DNA of 64,000 nt from an uncultured Spirochaetota bacterium (GCA_963820525.1 CAWGAA010000001.1:672001-736000); one strand, 5' to 3'. Counted from the stretch's first letter, positions 1 through 11,429 are shown. Translations and numbers: made by a program. Notes: a model not told the origin generated them from the sequence alone.

Positions 1-1040
1 AACTGTTCAAAAATCTCGGTGCCGGGGTACGGCGTGAGGATGTTGAAGGTGGCGGAAGGGATGCGAGTTCTCTGGAGGAACTCCAGCGTCCGGTCGAAGA
101 TCGACGGATCGTCGTCGTCGAAGCCGAACACTAAGGAAGCGTGCAGGAGGATGCCTCGGTCGATTATCTCGCGCACCGCGTCTTCCGTCTCCGCAAGGCC
201 CCTCATGCCCTTGCTCATGCGCGCGATCTTGCTCTCCGATACGGATTCCAGCCCGACGAACAGCCCGCGGCATCCCGCGGCGGCCGCCATGTCCAGCAGC
301 TTGCGGTTTCGCACGAATGAAATGGAGGCCTGGCCGCCCCATTTGATATTCAACCTGCCGAGGGCCGCGAACAGCCGCTCCGCGTAGCCTTGATCGCCCA
401 CGATGTTGTCGTCGAGGAACATGACGGAGGAGGCGCCGCTTCTCTCGATGTCCTCGACGACGCGCCGGATCTCCACGTGCCTGATTCGGCGGCCGAACAC
501 GCTTTTCACGCAGCAGAACTCGCAGGCATAGGGACATCCCCGCGAGGTGACCACCGGAACGACCCCGAGCACCGACCATGAACGGCGCGACTCGCGGCGG
601 GGAAGAGGGTAATCGTCGAGGTTCCATTCGCTTCCCCCTCTATAGAAGGGCTTCAGATTCCCGGCCTCGGCGTCGGCAAGGAGGCCCGCCCAGACCGGCT
701 CCGCCTCGCCCACCACGACTGCGTCGGAGTACTGCGCGGCTTCCTCGGGAAGAACCGACGGGTGGACTCCCCCCAACACGACCGGCTTTCCCCTTCGGCG
801 GAACTCCCGGGCAATCTGGTACGCCCGGGGCGCCGTGGCCGTCATGCAGGTAATGCCCACAAGATCGCAATCCGCGGAAAGATCGAGGGTTTCTACTTCC
901 TCATCCACCACGGTGACCTCATGGCCTTCCGGGGTGAGAGCCGCGACGTAGAGCAGGGATATCTGGGGAAAACGGATCAGGGGGCTTATCCTGCGGCTGG
1001 ATTCCAGGGACTTCGAAGGCGCTATCAGGAGAACCTTCAT
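1..1040 (-). CDS. B12-binding domain radical SAM protein (3' end runs off window)
   Basis: Not in the ORF track because there is no stop in the window. Manual translation from ATG 1040 after GGAGG: MKVLLIAPS...LVGITCMT...VVLGGVHPS...VVGEAE...TSRGCPYACEFC (CxxxCxxC)...FLDDN...FVGLES...ILTPYPGT. Confidence 0.88.
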   Translation of the reverse strand, partial: MKVLLIAPSKSLESSRRISPLIRFPQISLLYVAALTPEGHEVTVVDEEVETLDLSADCDLVGITCMTATAPRAYQIAREFRRRGKPVVLGGVHPSVLPEEAAQYSDAVVVGEAEPVWAGLLADAEAGNLKPFYRGGSEWNLDDYPLPRRESRRSWSVLGVVPVVTSRGCPYACEFCCVKSVFGRRIRHVEIRRVVEDIERSGASSVMFLDDNIVGDQGYAERLFAALGRLNIKWGGQASISFVRNRKLLDMAAAAGCRGLFVGLESVSESKIARMSKGMRGLAETEDAVREIIDRGILLHASLVFGFDDDDPSIFDRTLEFLQRTRIPSATFNILTPYPGTEIFEQ

Positions 1041-1216
1041 TGCTCGTGACCTCCATTCAGCGCACAGTGGATTAAACTGCGATTTGCGCCGGCACGACCG
1101 ACTTTCCTTTATGCGTCGATAGTATACCCGTTTTTCAGGAGAAAAATCCAGCCGTGTCTGGCGCGCCGCCAGTCAGCCAGGCGATTTTGTCCGCGGCCCC
1201 TTTTTTACTATGTTAA

Positions 1217-3283
1217 ATGAAGAGCGCCAAAATGCCGCAAAACCTCGACGAGCTGTGCGTGAACTCGATTCGATTCCTTTCGATAGACGCGGTGGAGAAA
1301 GCGGACAGCGGCCATCCCGGCATGCCCATGGGAGCGGCGCCGATGGCGTACGTGCTGTGGACACGATTCCTCAAGCACAATCCCGCTGACCCCGCATGGT
1401 TCGACCGCGATCGCTTCGTGCTCTCAGCCGGCCACGGCTCCATGCTCCTCTACAGCCTGCTCTACCTCACGGGATATGACCTGCCCTTGGATGAGCTCGC
1501 CCGCTTCCGTCAGTGGGGAAGCCGGACCCCCGGGCACCCCGAGCGAGGGCTCGCTCCCGGCGTGGAGGTTACCACGGGCCCCCTTGGCCAGGGCTTTGCC
1601 AACGGGATGGGTATGGCCATCACTGAGGCATACCTCGCCGCCCGGTACAATCGCCCCGGATTCCCCATCATAGACCATTACACCTACGCCATCGTGAGCG
1701 ACGGCGACCTCATGGAGGGGGTGGCATCGGAGGCGGCCTCGCTGGCCGGGCACCTGAAGCTGGGAAAGCTCATCTCCCTCTACGACGACAACCACGTGAC
1801 GCTGGCCGCGGGAACGCCCTTGAGCTTCTCGGAGGACCGTGCCGCTCGATTCGAAGCGTACGGCTGGCACACCCAGATGGTGGAGGATGGCAACGACCTC
1901 CGGGAGATCGAGGGCGCCATCAGTGAGGCGCAGAAACGGCTCGACCGACCGCACCTGATCCTTGTCCACACCCACCTCGGGTATGGATCGCCTCACAAGC
2001 AGGATACCTTTGGCGCACACGGCTCGCCGCTGGGCGCCGATGAAGCGGCGGCCACAAAGAAGAACCTCCATTGGCCCGAGGATAAGCCCCTGAGCGTTCC
2101 GGCATCCGCTTTGGAGCGGTTTCGCGAAGCCCTCGGCCGGGGCGCGGAGCTTCAAGCCCGATGGAAGAGCCTTTTCGCCGCGTATGCCAAGGCCTTCCCT
2201 GAGCCCGCCGCAGAGCTGGAAAGGCTGATGAAAGGCGAGCTCCCCCAGGGATGGGAATCGAGCATTCCTCGCTTTGCGGCGCAGCCCAAGGGAATGGCCA
2301 CACGCGTCGCCTCGGGCAAGATCCTGGCTGCTCTCGCCTCCCGGCTTCCCGAGTTGATCGGAGGCTCGGCCGACCTCAACCCCTCAACCCACACGGCGCT
2401 CGCCGGGCTCGGCGACTTCGAAAGCCCGCTGGCACCGCAGAGCGATACGCAGGGAAGCGCTGGAGGAGGATGGGGCTACGCGGGGCGCAACATCCACTTC
2501 GGCGTGCGGGAGCATGGCATGGGGGCCATCGTGAACGGAATGGCCGCTCACGGGGGGACGCTCCCTTTCGGCTCCACGTTTCTCATCTTTTCCGACTACA
2601 TGCGGCCGCCCCTACGCCTCGCCGCGCTGATGGAACTGCACGTCATCCATATCTTCACCCACGACAGCATCGGGCTCGGCGAGGACGGCCCCACCCACCA
2701 GCCCGTGGAGCAGCTGTTGGGGCTGCGCTCGGTACCGGGTCTCATCCTCCTGCGGCCGGCGGACGCAAACGAAACCGCCGCCTCCTGGAAGATCGCGGTC
2801 GAGCGCCGGGGCCATCCCGTGGCGCTCGCCCTTTCCCGCCAGAACCTGCCCATCCTCGAGTTGGAGCGCTACCCCGCAATCCCTCAGGGAGTGTCGCGCG
2901 GAGGATACGTTCTTGCCGACAGCCCGGAAGCAAAGCGGCTCCGCCTGATTCTCGTCGCCACGGGCTCCGAGGTGCACCTGGCCCTTGCGGCCCGCGAGCA
3001 GTTGACCGGCTCGGGTGTGGGCGCACGTGTTGTAAGCCTTCCCTGCTGGAGCATCTTCGAGGAGCAGACGCCGGAGTACCGCTCCGCTGTCCTTCCCCCC
3101 GGCGTGCCCATCCTCGCCATCGAGGCCGGGGTCTCCCTGGGATGGAAGCCGTACATCGGCCAGGGGGTGGAGGTGATCGGCGTCGACCGCTTCGGGGCCT
3201 CGGCGCCCGGAGACACTGTGATGAAGGAATACGGCTTGAGCGTGGACAACGTCTGCCGCAAGGCCCTCTCCTTTGTCCAATAA
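1217..3283 (+). CDS. tkt: Transketolase (start may be 1232)
   Basis: [33 protein letters not shown] motif SDGDLMEG...[21 protein letters not shown]. Confidence 0.97.
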   Translation: MKSAKMPQNLDELCVNSIRFLSIDAVEKADSGHPGMPMGAAPMAYVLWTRFLKHNPADPAWFDRDRFVLSAGHGSMLLYSLLYLTGYDLPLDELARFRQWGSRTPGHPERGLAPGVEVTTGPLGQGFANGMGMAITEAYLAARYNRPGFPIIDHYTYAIVSDGDLMEGVASEAASLAGHLKLGKLISLYDDNHVTLAAGTPLSFSEDRAARFEAYGWHTQMVEDGNDLREIEGAISEAQKRLDRPHLILVHTHLGYGSPHKQDTFGAHGSPLGADEAAATKKNLHWPEDKPLSVPASALERFREALGRGAELQARWKSLFAAYAKAFPEPAAELERLMKGELPQGWESSIPRFAAQPKGMATRVASGKILAALASRLPELIGGSADLNPSTHTALAGLGDFESPLAPQSDTQGSAGGGWGYAGRNIHFGVREHGMGAIVNGMAAHGGTLPFGSTFLIFSDYMRPPLRLAALMELHVIHIFTHDSIGLGEDGPTHQPVEQLLGLRSVPGLILLRPADANETAASWKIAVERRGHPVALALSRQNLPILELERYPAIPQGVSRGGYVLADSPEAKRLRLILVATGSEVHLALAAREQLTGSGVGARVVSLPCWSIFEEQTPEYRSAVLPPGVPILAIEAGVSLGWKPYIGQGVEVIGVDRFGASAPGDTVMKEYGLSVDNVCRKALSFVQ

Positions 3284-3492
3284 CTCTTGCGAGGAGTCTG
3301 CGTCTATGAAAGAGAATCCTCTTCGAAAGCTCGCCACGGCTACGAGAGGGTGGACGCCCCGGGGGTCTTCAATACCCGTTGGTCGTAGCGGTTCCGTCAT
3401 TCTCGTTATCTTCGGGCGGCCGGCGACCTCACGCGTCGCAAGCTCGGCCCGGGGCCCTCGTGCATCGCGCCCCCGTGCTACGCCCCCGCCCT

Positions 3493-5452
3493 TCAGTACT
3501 TCAGGTTGAAGGCCAGCAGGTTCCAGGAGAAAACGAACCACAGATAGCCCAGGCACGCGATCGCGATCAGCGTGTCCCCGATCCTTGCCACGATCCATCG
3601 CCCTTTCCCCATCCAGGAGCGCACGGCGTTGTACAAGGGCGCGATGGTCCCAACGACTCCAAGCCACCCGATGATCTGCAGGAAACGCAGCCAGGGCTCG
3701 AGCCGCGCGCTCTGCAGGTGGATGTCCGTGAATGCACGCATGAAGGTTGCGCCCCACGCTGCGAGAAACGCGACCTCAAGGGCAGGCACCAGGCGGACGG
3801 CAAGCCTCAGCCATTTTTCTCGCGAACCGAGCTGGAGCGGCCTGCCATAGTGGCGGCGGATCAATGCAGCAGCCGGCCAGATCAGCAAGGTGAGGATCAA
3901 TACCAGGACGCTTGCGATGAGAAGGGACATGGCGAAGCCGCTCGCCTGGCTCCACGAGGCCTGCTGGAAGATCATGAAGGGATAGTCCAGCACGAAAACC
4001 CTGCGCCCGGATTCGTCCTTCTTGAAGCCGACCATATCCTGACCGTCCACCTGCCGGAAAAGCATGGGGGCGATCTCCTGGAAACGTTTCGGCCGGCCGC
4101 TCAAGTCCCGTGACAGATTGGCGCTTATCGTCCCGTCGGGATTGGGATACACCTTAAGCTCTCCGACGAGACCCACCAGCTTCATGATCGTGGAATCCGC
4201 GCGGCGGCTGGTGATGTACCAGCCAGAGACCGATCGCGCGTCGGAGGCCGTGCTCGGCGGGGGCTGGATTGCCGGCGGTGAGTAGGGAAAGTAGCGGTCC
4301 AGGAGCTTTTGCAGCACGGCGGCCCGAAGGTCCACTCCGCCCTTGCCCGCGCTGTTGAGCGAGATGAAAAAACCCACCCCGATATCGGAAATAAGCGCGA
4401 GCTCGCTGTGGAAGGCGAGCGTGTCTCCTCCGTGCCCGATGATGCGGTGCCCGTTTCTGGACTCCTCGTAGAATCCGAGCGCCATCGCGTTCATCGGGGG
4501 CAGGTTGACGAAGGCGCGCGCATGCATGAGGCGGGCCGTCTCGGGCCGAAGGATCCGCGCATCGCCGTAGCGGCCGTCCTCAAGGTGAGCGATCATGAAC
4601 CGGGCGATATCGGATGCAGTGGTTGACAAGCCTCCCGCCGGAACCGCCTGCACGATCTCGAAGGGCTTCGGCGGCTGCGAGGAGAGAAAATATCCGCCGG
4701 CCATGAGCGGCGCCAGGGCTTCCGGAAGGGGTTGGCGGAAGGTGGAGAGCTTCATTCCCAGGGGCTTGAAGATATGAGCGTCGATGTAGTCGGGGTACGG
4801 CTCGCCGGACACCCGCTCGACGATGTAGCCGGCGAGCGCCGCGGCGTAGTTGGAGTACGCCGGCGTCGTTCCGGGCGGAAAGATCCGGCGCGGCAGATGG
4901 GCCTTGAGATACTCGCCCAGCGGCTTCATGTCCCGGGCGTCGGCTATGAAGAGCTCCTCCAGCGTCTCCTCGAAGCCCGAGGTATGGGTCATGATGTTTC
5001 GAAGCGTGATCGGTTTTCCAAACGCCGAGGGTATGGTGAAGTCGAGGTAATCGCCGATGTCCCGGTCCAGGTCCAGCTTCCCCTGCTCCACGAGCTGCAT
5101 GACCGCAGTCCACGTGAAGAGCTTCGATATCGATCCCGGCCGAAAAAGCGTTTTTTCGGGAATCACCGGGATCTTCCGTGCCACGTCCGCATATCCGTAG
5201 CCGCCCGCAAAGAGGAGCTTCCCATCCTTGACTACCGCCACAGCTACGCCGGCGATGTCGCTTCGCTCGAGCTTCCAGGGGGAGAATACCGTCAAGGAAT
5301 GAGGCCACATCGGAGGCCGTCATCGAGGCCGGCTTGCCGGGCGTCCGAACCGCTTGCGCGCCAAGCTCTGCTCCCTGGGCCCACACCCCGAGGGAAACGA
5401 CGGATGCAACAGCCGCGGAAAAAAGCGCCTGCGAGAGCACTGAACGTCTCAT
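3493..5452 (-). pseudogene. Beta-lactamase-family serine hydrolase with signal peptide and C-terminal TM helices; +1 frameshift near 5272-5280 (or sequencing error)
   Basis: SxxK (RPGSISK), YSN and GHGG motifs in 3493..5310. The signal peptide MRRSVLSQALFSAAVA...SFLDGILPL lies in another frame and joins KLERSDIAGVAV after a 1-nt shift. Confidence 0.8.
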
Positions 5453-5514
5453 AAGAGCCCAGCATCTCATGGGATGCCCTGGGATTCAAGGCCGCGTGAG
5501 ATCGCCCGCGGCCG

Positions 5515-6048
5515 CTATGAAGGATATGAGATTCTCGTGCCCTCCACCCTGGCGAAAGACGTCAGTATATGGGGCCGGGCCTCCCCTTGTGCGATGATGT
5601 GCTCCACCCGAATGCCTCTCACCGTCAGGGCATCCGCGATCATCGACCTGTGACAGCGCCACGGCACGGCCTCGGCGCACATGATCGCCACGTGGTTTAG
5701 CGACGCCTCCTTCATCAGCTCCGCCAGATTCAGCTCGAACTCCTCTGTTTGCATGTAATCCGCGTATCCGCGGAACGAGGCGTTTCGCCATCCCGTATTC
5801 GTGGAGTCCCTCCGCGTATGACGAAGGCCTCCCAGTCCCTTCATATGGGCGTAGGCTATCCCTGCGGCACGAAGGCTTGCCTCAAGCGCCTCGGCGTTGA
5901 ACTGGGGGTTCCGCGCTGAGCCGGCGAGAGTCCTTACATCGATCAGCTTCACCACGCCATGCTCCCGCAAGAGCCGGATGAGCTCCTCCACCGTTCGCGT
6001 CGAATGCCCGATGGTAAAAATCGGGCCTGTCCCACTGGCTTCACTCAT
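5515..6048 (-). CDS. DUF488 family protein
   Basis: IFTIGHSTR, LIDVR, PQFN, LGGLR, IMCAEAVPWRCHRS; start overlaps the upstream stop (ATGA). Confidence 0.9.
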   Translation of the reverse strand: MSEASGTGPIFTIGHSTRTVEELIRLLREHGVVKLIDVRTLAGSARNPQFNAEALEASLRAAGIAYAHMKGLGGLRHTRRDSTNTGWRNASFRGYADYMQTEEFELNLAELMKEASLNHVAIMCAEAVPWRCHRSMIADALTVRGIRVEHIIAQGEARPHILTSFARVEGTRISYPS

Positions 6049-6968
6049 TGAATGTTCCCCGCCTCCGCCAGCCCATTCAAGAGAAGGTGGAAATACACGA
6101 GCCCGGAGTACGGGCGCCACCTCTCCATCAGGCGCCTGCCCTCTTCCGCCGAAAGAGCCTCTTCTCGCCCGAGCAGGCGGCGCAGGGAGCTCAGGGCGCC
6201 TGAATCTGCCGCGGGAAAAACATTGAGCCGGCCTAGCCCGCGAAGAAGGACGTACTGGGCGGACCATGGCCCGACGCCGCGCAGCCTCGTGAGCGTCTCC
6301 ACGACCGATGCGTCATCGAGAGTTGAGAGACGATCGGCGTCAAACGCTCCGGAGGCGAAGGCCTCGGCAGCCTCCACGAGAGATCTTGCCTTCGTCGCGC
6401 TGAAGCCCAGCTCACGCAGGGACTCCGGGTCGATCTTCGCCAGCACCGCTGGACGGGGAAACGCGTGAAGGGCGGCTCCGTAGGAGACCGCGCGTTCTCC
6501 CCACGCCTCCGCTAACCGATTGAGCATGGTAATGCCCTGCGTGAGCGTGATCTGCTGGCAGCATATCGCGTTGGCAAGGGCTTCGAAGAGGGACGGATAT
6601 CGCGGCGGCTTAAATCCATAGAACCTGCGGGTGAGATCTTGCAACATCGGGCCCCTCTTCGCCATGGCATGGAAATTGTCCAGATTGATTCGAAGACCAA
6701 GGAGGCGCTCCAGGGTCTCAACGATCCATGCCTTCGCGCTTGCCGTGAGATAGGGGCCATTTGCCTGAACGAGAAGCACGGGATTCTCCGGCGGGCCATC
6801 CTGGCTTACGGCCACCTCCACGGCCCCGCCCTTCAGAGCGAGGGCCCTGCTGTAGGTCTTCCCGTCCCACCGGTCGATCGTGCTGTGCGCGCGTCGCTTG
6901 AGTGCCCAGGCGATAAGCTCGAGCCTGAACGGCGGCGCCGCCTTCATCCGCAATGATAGATTTTCCAA
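6045..6968 (-). CDS. alkA: DNA-3-methyladenine glycosylase II (AlkA-like HhH-GPD)
   Basis: FEALANAICCQQI, AFPRP, HhH motif LRGVGPWSAQY, FPAAD, WRPY. Confidence 0.85.
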   Translation of the reverse strand: MENLSLRMKAAPPFRLELIAWALKRRAHSTIDRWDGKTYSRALALKGGAVEVAVSQDGPPENPVLLVQANGPYLTASAKAWIVETLERLLGLRINLDNFHAMAKRGPMLQDLTRRFYGFKPPRYPSLFEALANAICCQQITLTQGITMLNRLAEAWGERAVSYGAALHAFPRPAVLAKIDPESLRELGFSATKARSLVEAAEAFASGAFDADRLSTLDDASVVETLTRLRGVGPWSAQYVLLRGLGRLNVFPAADSGALSSLRRLLGREEALSAEEGRRLMERWRPYSGLVYFHLLLNGLAEAGNIQ

Positions 6969-6990
6969 ATGCGTGGGCGCCGGCGGTCTT

Positions 6991-7449
6991 TCACCGCTGT
7001 TCGACGCGATAGGTCCCGGCCGGCGTTCGAAAACCGATGGAGAGGCGGTTCCACCCGTTAATGACGATCACGGCGAGCGTTAGGTCCACGAGCTCCTTGG
7101 GATTGAATTCCCGGCTCGCCCGCTGGTACACATCGTCGGAGACGTGTCCGTCCCGCAGCCTGGTGAGAGCCTCCGTCCACTCGAGGGCGGAGCGCTCGCG
7201 CTCGGTGTAGTACGGCGCCTCGCGCCACGCGTCCAGGCCGTACAACCGCTGCTCCGTCTCGCCCCGGGCGCGCGCCACCTTGCCGTGCATGTCCAGGCAA
7301 TAGGCGCAGCCGTTGATCTGGGAGACACGCATCTTGATCAGCTCCAGGAGGCCCGGCTCGAGCCCGCTCCTCTTGGCATAGCTGTCCAGCTCCTGCATGG
7401 CCCTGGTGCCGTCTGGAGAGACCTTCGCATAATCTATCCTCTGTTCCAT
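6991..7449 (-). CDS. Carboxymuconolactone decarboxylase / AhpD-like protein
   Basis: ELIKMRVSQINGCAYCLDMH, ERERSALEWTEALT, INGWNRL; start taken at MEQRIDY. Confidence 0.92.
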   Translation of the reverse strand: MEQRIDYAKVSPDGTRAMQELDSYAKRSGLEPGLLELIKMRVSQINGCAYCLDMHGKVARARGETEQRLYGLDAWREAPYYTERERSALEWTEALTRLRDGHVSDDVYQRASREFNPKELVDLTLAVIVINGWNRLSIGFRTPAGTYRVEQR

Positions 7450-7453
7450 CCAG

Positions 7454-8296
7454 CTACTCCTTGTACGTGACCACGCGCCCCCAGAGGCTCTTGGTCCCCC
7501 AGATGCCCGAGCGCAGGCATTCCAGCTGCACGATCTGGCTGTGGTCGACGAACAGGTTGACCTCCGGACCGTAATTCTTGACGTACCATGCGAAAACCTC
7601 AGGCTCTGCAGCCTCGAACATGGGTACCTCAAGGCCCAATGCCTTGATGATCTTCGCCGGGACGTCGGTCCGCCACGTCTTCACATTCTCCGTGATTCCC
7701 TCGGACTCGATCATTATCTGGGACGCGCCGGCGTCGATGAACCTCTTGGCCTGGGAGATTGCCCACTCGGGGTCGCGCGTCCCCTCTGCTTCGAGCTCCG
7801 CCTCGGTGGATGCTCCGCCCGCTCCGAACTGGATCCCCACCTCGGGCTTCGCCTTCATACCCGCCTTGCTCACCTTTTCCACCAGCCGCAGCCAGTCGTC
7901 CAGGGGAATCGTGATGAAGCCGCTGGAAATCTCCACGATGTCGAAGCCCAGGGCCTTGCATTCCTGCAGGTATCCGTTCACGGCATCCGGGCCGAGGGTG
8001 AGAACATGCTCGATGAACCCGCCCGTCGAAACCTTCACGGCAAAGGTGTGGCACAGGTCGATCAACTCCTTGACCGCGCTCCTGGGCATCAGGCTGAAGG
8101 ACCCCCCGGCGAACTTCAGCGTGTCCACGTATGCGCCCATGGTCTCCAGCACGTCCTGGAGGTAACGCTTTCCCATCGGCGTGTAGTACGGGCCACGTAT
8201 TTCGGTCACTCCCCTCGTTCGAGGCTTGGGCTGGCGCTCGTTGACCCTGAGAAAGGGGAACGCCCGCGTCTCGTCTGTTTTTCGTTTTTCTTCCAT
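7454..8296 (-). CDS. comA: Phosphosulfolactate synthase (ComA) family protein
   Basis: KPRTRGVTEI, YVDTLKFAGGS, VEISSGF, KPEVG, IMIESEG, FEA, VNLFVD...LECLRSG. Confidence 0.88.
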   Translation of the reverse strand: MEEKRKTDETRAFPFLRVNERQPKPRTRGVTEIRGPYYTPMGKRYLQDVLETMGAYVDTLKFAGGSFSLMPRSAVKELIDLCHTFAVKVSTGGFIEHVLTLGPDAVNGYLQECKALGFDIVEISSGFITIPLDDWLRLVEKVSKAGMKAKPEVGIQFGAGGASTEAELEAEGTRDPEWAISQAKRFIDAGASQIMIESEGITENVKTWRTDVPAKIIKALGLEVPMFEAAEPEVFAWYVKNYGPEVNLFVDHSQIVQLECLRSGIWGTKSLWGRVVTYKE

Positions 8297-8307
8297 AGAA
8301 TACCTCC

Positions 8308-9678
8308 CTATCGAGCGTTCGCCAGCAGGGCGACGAGTTCGCTCACGCGTATCGATTCCAGGCTTTCCACCGCGTGTATGATGTCGGAGCGCAGCTTGGC
8401 ATCTGCATGGGCTCCGGCAAGACCGTCGAACTTGTGTACGACGTGCTGGAAAGACATGGGGCGGGTATGGAATCCTTCATAGTCCTTCTTCTCCTTCACC
8501 AATACCCTTCCGACGCGGAGCGTAACCTTCAAGCGGCAGGCCATTTCCTCGGGGAACCTCCTGCTGAGCTCTGCGTCTGGATGGACCGTGATCTTTCGAA
8601 GGAGAGACTGAATGTCTTCGCCGCCAATCCGCTCGGGGCGATACTGGGCCGGCATCACCTGGTCGTCCAGAACGGCCGCCGCAAGCATGTAGTGGAGGCT
8701 GTGATCCGCCTCCTCCTTGGTGCGGACCCGCGTCTTGTCCCCCTCTTCTCCGCCTCCGATGATGTTATACGCCACGTCGAAGGTCTCCAGTTCTATCTGC
8801 TTCACGTCATCTGCTCCGAACTCTCCCTCGCGCTTGAGCTCCAGGATCCCCTCGATGGCGGACTGGGAATGGATCTCCGCATTGAATCTCTTGACGATGG
8901 TGCGCGTGACGCGCTCCAGGTCCTCGCGCGACCAGTCGATGTGGAATCTTCCCGCGATCGCGTCCATGAATCCCTTGTTGCCCTCGAAGACCTCCAGAGG
9001 GCCGGTGATCCCGTGCTTGGCCAGGAAAGCCGCGTGCATGGCGCCGAATCCGGCGTTGGGGTACGCAAGCCCCTTCCAGTTGGACAGGGCACCGGTGCGC
9101 GTTACACGAAGCGCATTGAATGCCGTCCCCGCGATGGCGATGGCATGGGCGGTTTTTTCCCTATCCAGTCCGAGAGCCTTGGATATCCCGGCAGCCAGGC
9201 CATAGAGGCCTTGAACCGTGTGGTCGAACCCTTTGGCACGAACCGGCGCTTCGTCGCTCAGCCTGCACTGCACCTGGTACGCGATGGCCAGCGCGGTCAT
9301 GAGATCCCTTCCCGTGCCCCCCGCGTACTCGCAGCCTGCGAGCACCGCGGAGAGGTTGTCCGAGGGGTGGCAGGTTTCTCCCTTGGCGAGATAGCTGTCG
9401 TTGAAGTCAAGGTACCGAACGAGGGCGCCGTTTGCGAAGGATGCACGGTCGGGAGCCGTCTTCCCCCCGCCGATCACGGTGCACAATCCGTTTCCACCCA
9501 GCTCGCTCACCTGCGCAAGCACCCTCCGCACGGGCGGCCCATCAAGCGCCCCAAGCGCGCAGCCCAGCGCGTCCAGGACACGGACCTTCAACTGGGCGCG
9601 AGCTGCTTCGCTCAAATCCTCGAATGAGCGCGCGGCCACGAACTCGGCCAGAGATTGAACCAGCGTCTTTTTTTCCAT
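8308..9678 (-). CDS. MmgE/PrpD family protein (2-methylcitrate dehydratase-like)
   Basis: VRYLDFNDSY, CHPSDN, GFDHT, LSNWKG, GITGP..VFEG..G, EEADHSL; start taken at MEKKTLVQ. Confidence 0.9.
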   Translation of the reverse strand: MEKKTLVQSLAEFVAARSFEDLSEAARAQLKVRVLDALGCALGALDGPPVRRVLAQVSELGGNGLCTVIGGGKTAPDRASFANGALVRYLDFNDSYLAKGETCHPSDNLSAVLAGCEYAGGTGRDLMTALAIAYQVQCRLSDEAPVRAKGFDHTVQGLYGLAAGISKALGLDREKTAHAIAIAGTAFNALRVTRTGALSNWKGLAYPNAGFGAMHAAFLAKHGITGPLEVFEGNKGFMDAIAGRFHIDWSREDLERVTRTIVKRFNAEIHSQSAIEGILELKREGEFGADDVKQIELETFDVAYNIIGGGEEGDKTRVRTKEEADHSLHYMLAAAVLDDQVMPAQYRPERIGGEDIQSLLRKITVHPDAELSRRFPEEMACRLKVTLRVGRVLVKEKKDYEGFHTRPMSFQHVVHKFDGLAGAHADAKLRSDIIHAVESLESIRVSELVALLANAR

Positions 9679-10088
9679 CAAATAAAAAATAGTGTCGGGA
9701 GCACTATCCTGGCTACTTCCTAGTACACACGCTACGTGTCGCGGACGGAAACAAAGTTCCTGTTGAGCACGCAAAGTTTTTCTATTTAGAGGAGCCGGTA
9801 TTACGCTCCGAAACGACTTTAGCTTAATTTTCTATCTATACGATATTATGCCAATAACTAATCCTTGATTAACTTGCATGATGTCTTATAATACCTTTCG
9901 AATCTCGAGGAGTCGTTTCGGCGACATTCGAGTCCTTCTAATTATACTCATTTTAAGAGTTCGTAATGAGAACGAAGGGGAGATTTCTACGCTCTTTTAA
10001 ACAACTCTTGCGTATCCTGAAATTTCTTCTACGCAATAAAAAAAATTAATCACGCTCTGCAAATGTGGCAATTCAAATCTTCTACAGA

Positions 10089-11324
10089 TTAAAGGCCATC
10101 TGCCGGGCTTGTCACTCCCAGCTTATTCTTTGTGGCAACATGTGTATAAATCATCGTGGTCGAGACATCCGAGTGCCCCATGAGCTCCTGAATGCTTCTT
10201 ATGTCGTATCCCTTCTCCACCAGGTGAGTCGCAAAACTATGCCGCAAAGTGTGTATAGTGGCGTGTTTTACTATCCCGGCCTCCCTGACGGCTCGTCTGA
10301 AAGCCTTTTGAAGGGTCGTCGCATATACGTGATGCCTGCGAATGACGTGCGTCATTGGATCTATTGAAAGATTTTCAGAAGGGAATACCCAAAACCAACC
10401 CCATTCTTTGCTGGCGCTGGTGTATTTCCTATCCAGTGCTGCAGGGACGGTTACTCCCGCTTCCAATTTCGCCCTGTCCTGATTGTAGATGATCCTGACT
10501 CGCTCGAGATGTTTTTTCAGCATTTCAACGAGCTTATCCGCAAGGATAGTTTCACGGTCTTTGTCTCCCTTGCCGGACCGTATCGTCAAGCAGTTTCTCT
10601 CGAAATCGACATCCTTTATTCGCAAGGACAGACACTCCTGCAGCCTGAGGCCGCCGCCATAGATCATCGTTGCCATCAAACGCGCAGTTCCTTTCAGCTG
10701 TTCAAGTATTCTCTTCACCTCTTCTTGTGCAAGAACCACAGGAAGTCTTCTTTGGATTTTCGAAGGGACAACGGTACTCAAAGAGTTAATCTCTATTCCC
10801 AGAACATTCCTGTAGATGAACAATAATGCGTTAAATGCGAGCCTCTGTGTTGCTGCCGATATCTTCTTTTCCACTGCAAGGTATGAAAGGAAGCTCTTTA
10901 AGTCTTGTTCCGTGATCTTTCCACATTCCTTTTCACTGACATACGATCGAAAACGCGCTATCCACGACATATAAGATTTTTCCGTCCGGAACGACAAATG
11001 CTTCAGCCTCATTATCCGAGAGACGCATTCTACCAATTTCTTCCATGTCATTGCTTCCGGGTTTGGAATAACGAGTACCTTTCTGACCACCTGCATCCCT
11101 TTGCATGACAGATAATAGTTGTAGAGCTGAATAGCATACCGAGCCTGCTTTACCTGCCAGTCTTCGTATTTCTTGCTAATATAGGAAATGAAGCCGTTGA
11201 AGTTCTGATTATCTTTCGAGAATTGCCTATAGTTCGTATATATCTCAACCCATTTCTGATAAGCGAGTCTGTCTTTCTCTCTAATGTCCGCTTTGGCCCT
11301 AAGGAACTCTAAGTAGGATGTCAT
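10089..11324 (-). CDS. intI: Integron integrase (tyrosine recombinase), long N-terminus
   Basis: GGGLRLQECLSLR, GKGDKDR, HTLRHSFATH, LMGHSDVSTTMIYTH, plus the integron-specific insert VPAALDRKYTSASKEWGWFWVFPS; adjacent to the attC array and divergent from it. Confidence 0.97.
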   Translation of the reverse strand: MTSYLEFLRAKADIREKDRLAYQKWVEIYTNYRQFSKDNQNFNGFISYISKKYEDWQVKQARYAIQLYNYYLSCKGMQVVRKVLVIPNPEAMTWKKLVECVSRIMRLKHLSFRTEKSYMSWIARFRSYVSEKECGKITEQDLKSFLSYLAVEKKISAATQRLAFNALLFIYRNVLGIEINSLSTVVPSKIQRRLPVVLAQEEVKRILEQLKGTARLMATMIYGGGLRLQECLSLRIKDVDFERNCLTIRSGKGDKDRETILADKLVEMLKKHLERVRIIYNQDRAKLEAGVTVPAALDRKYTSASKEWGWFWVFPSENLSIDPMTHVIRRHHVYATTLQKAFRRAVREAGIVKHATIHTLRHSFATHLVEKGYDIRSIQELMGHSDVSTTMIYTHVATKNKLGVTSPADGL

Positions 11325-11429
11325 AACATGTCTCCTCTCGCTTTATAGAGCAGCACTAGAACACAACGCCCAAACCATTACTGCTGCTTGAGGAGATTTT
11401 GGAGATTATCCGTCGATCTTTAGGCTATG

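Noticed and set aside
7..9692. Long overlapping alternative-frame ORFs in the GC-rich region (e.g. 7..627, 2251..3309, 8374..9627)
   Set aside because: Shadow ORFs of recognisable genes in high-GC DNA
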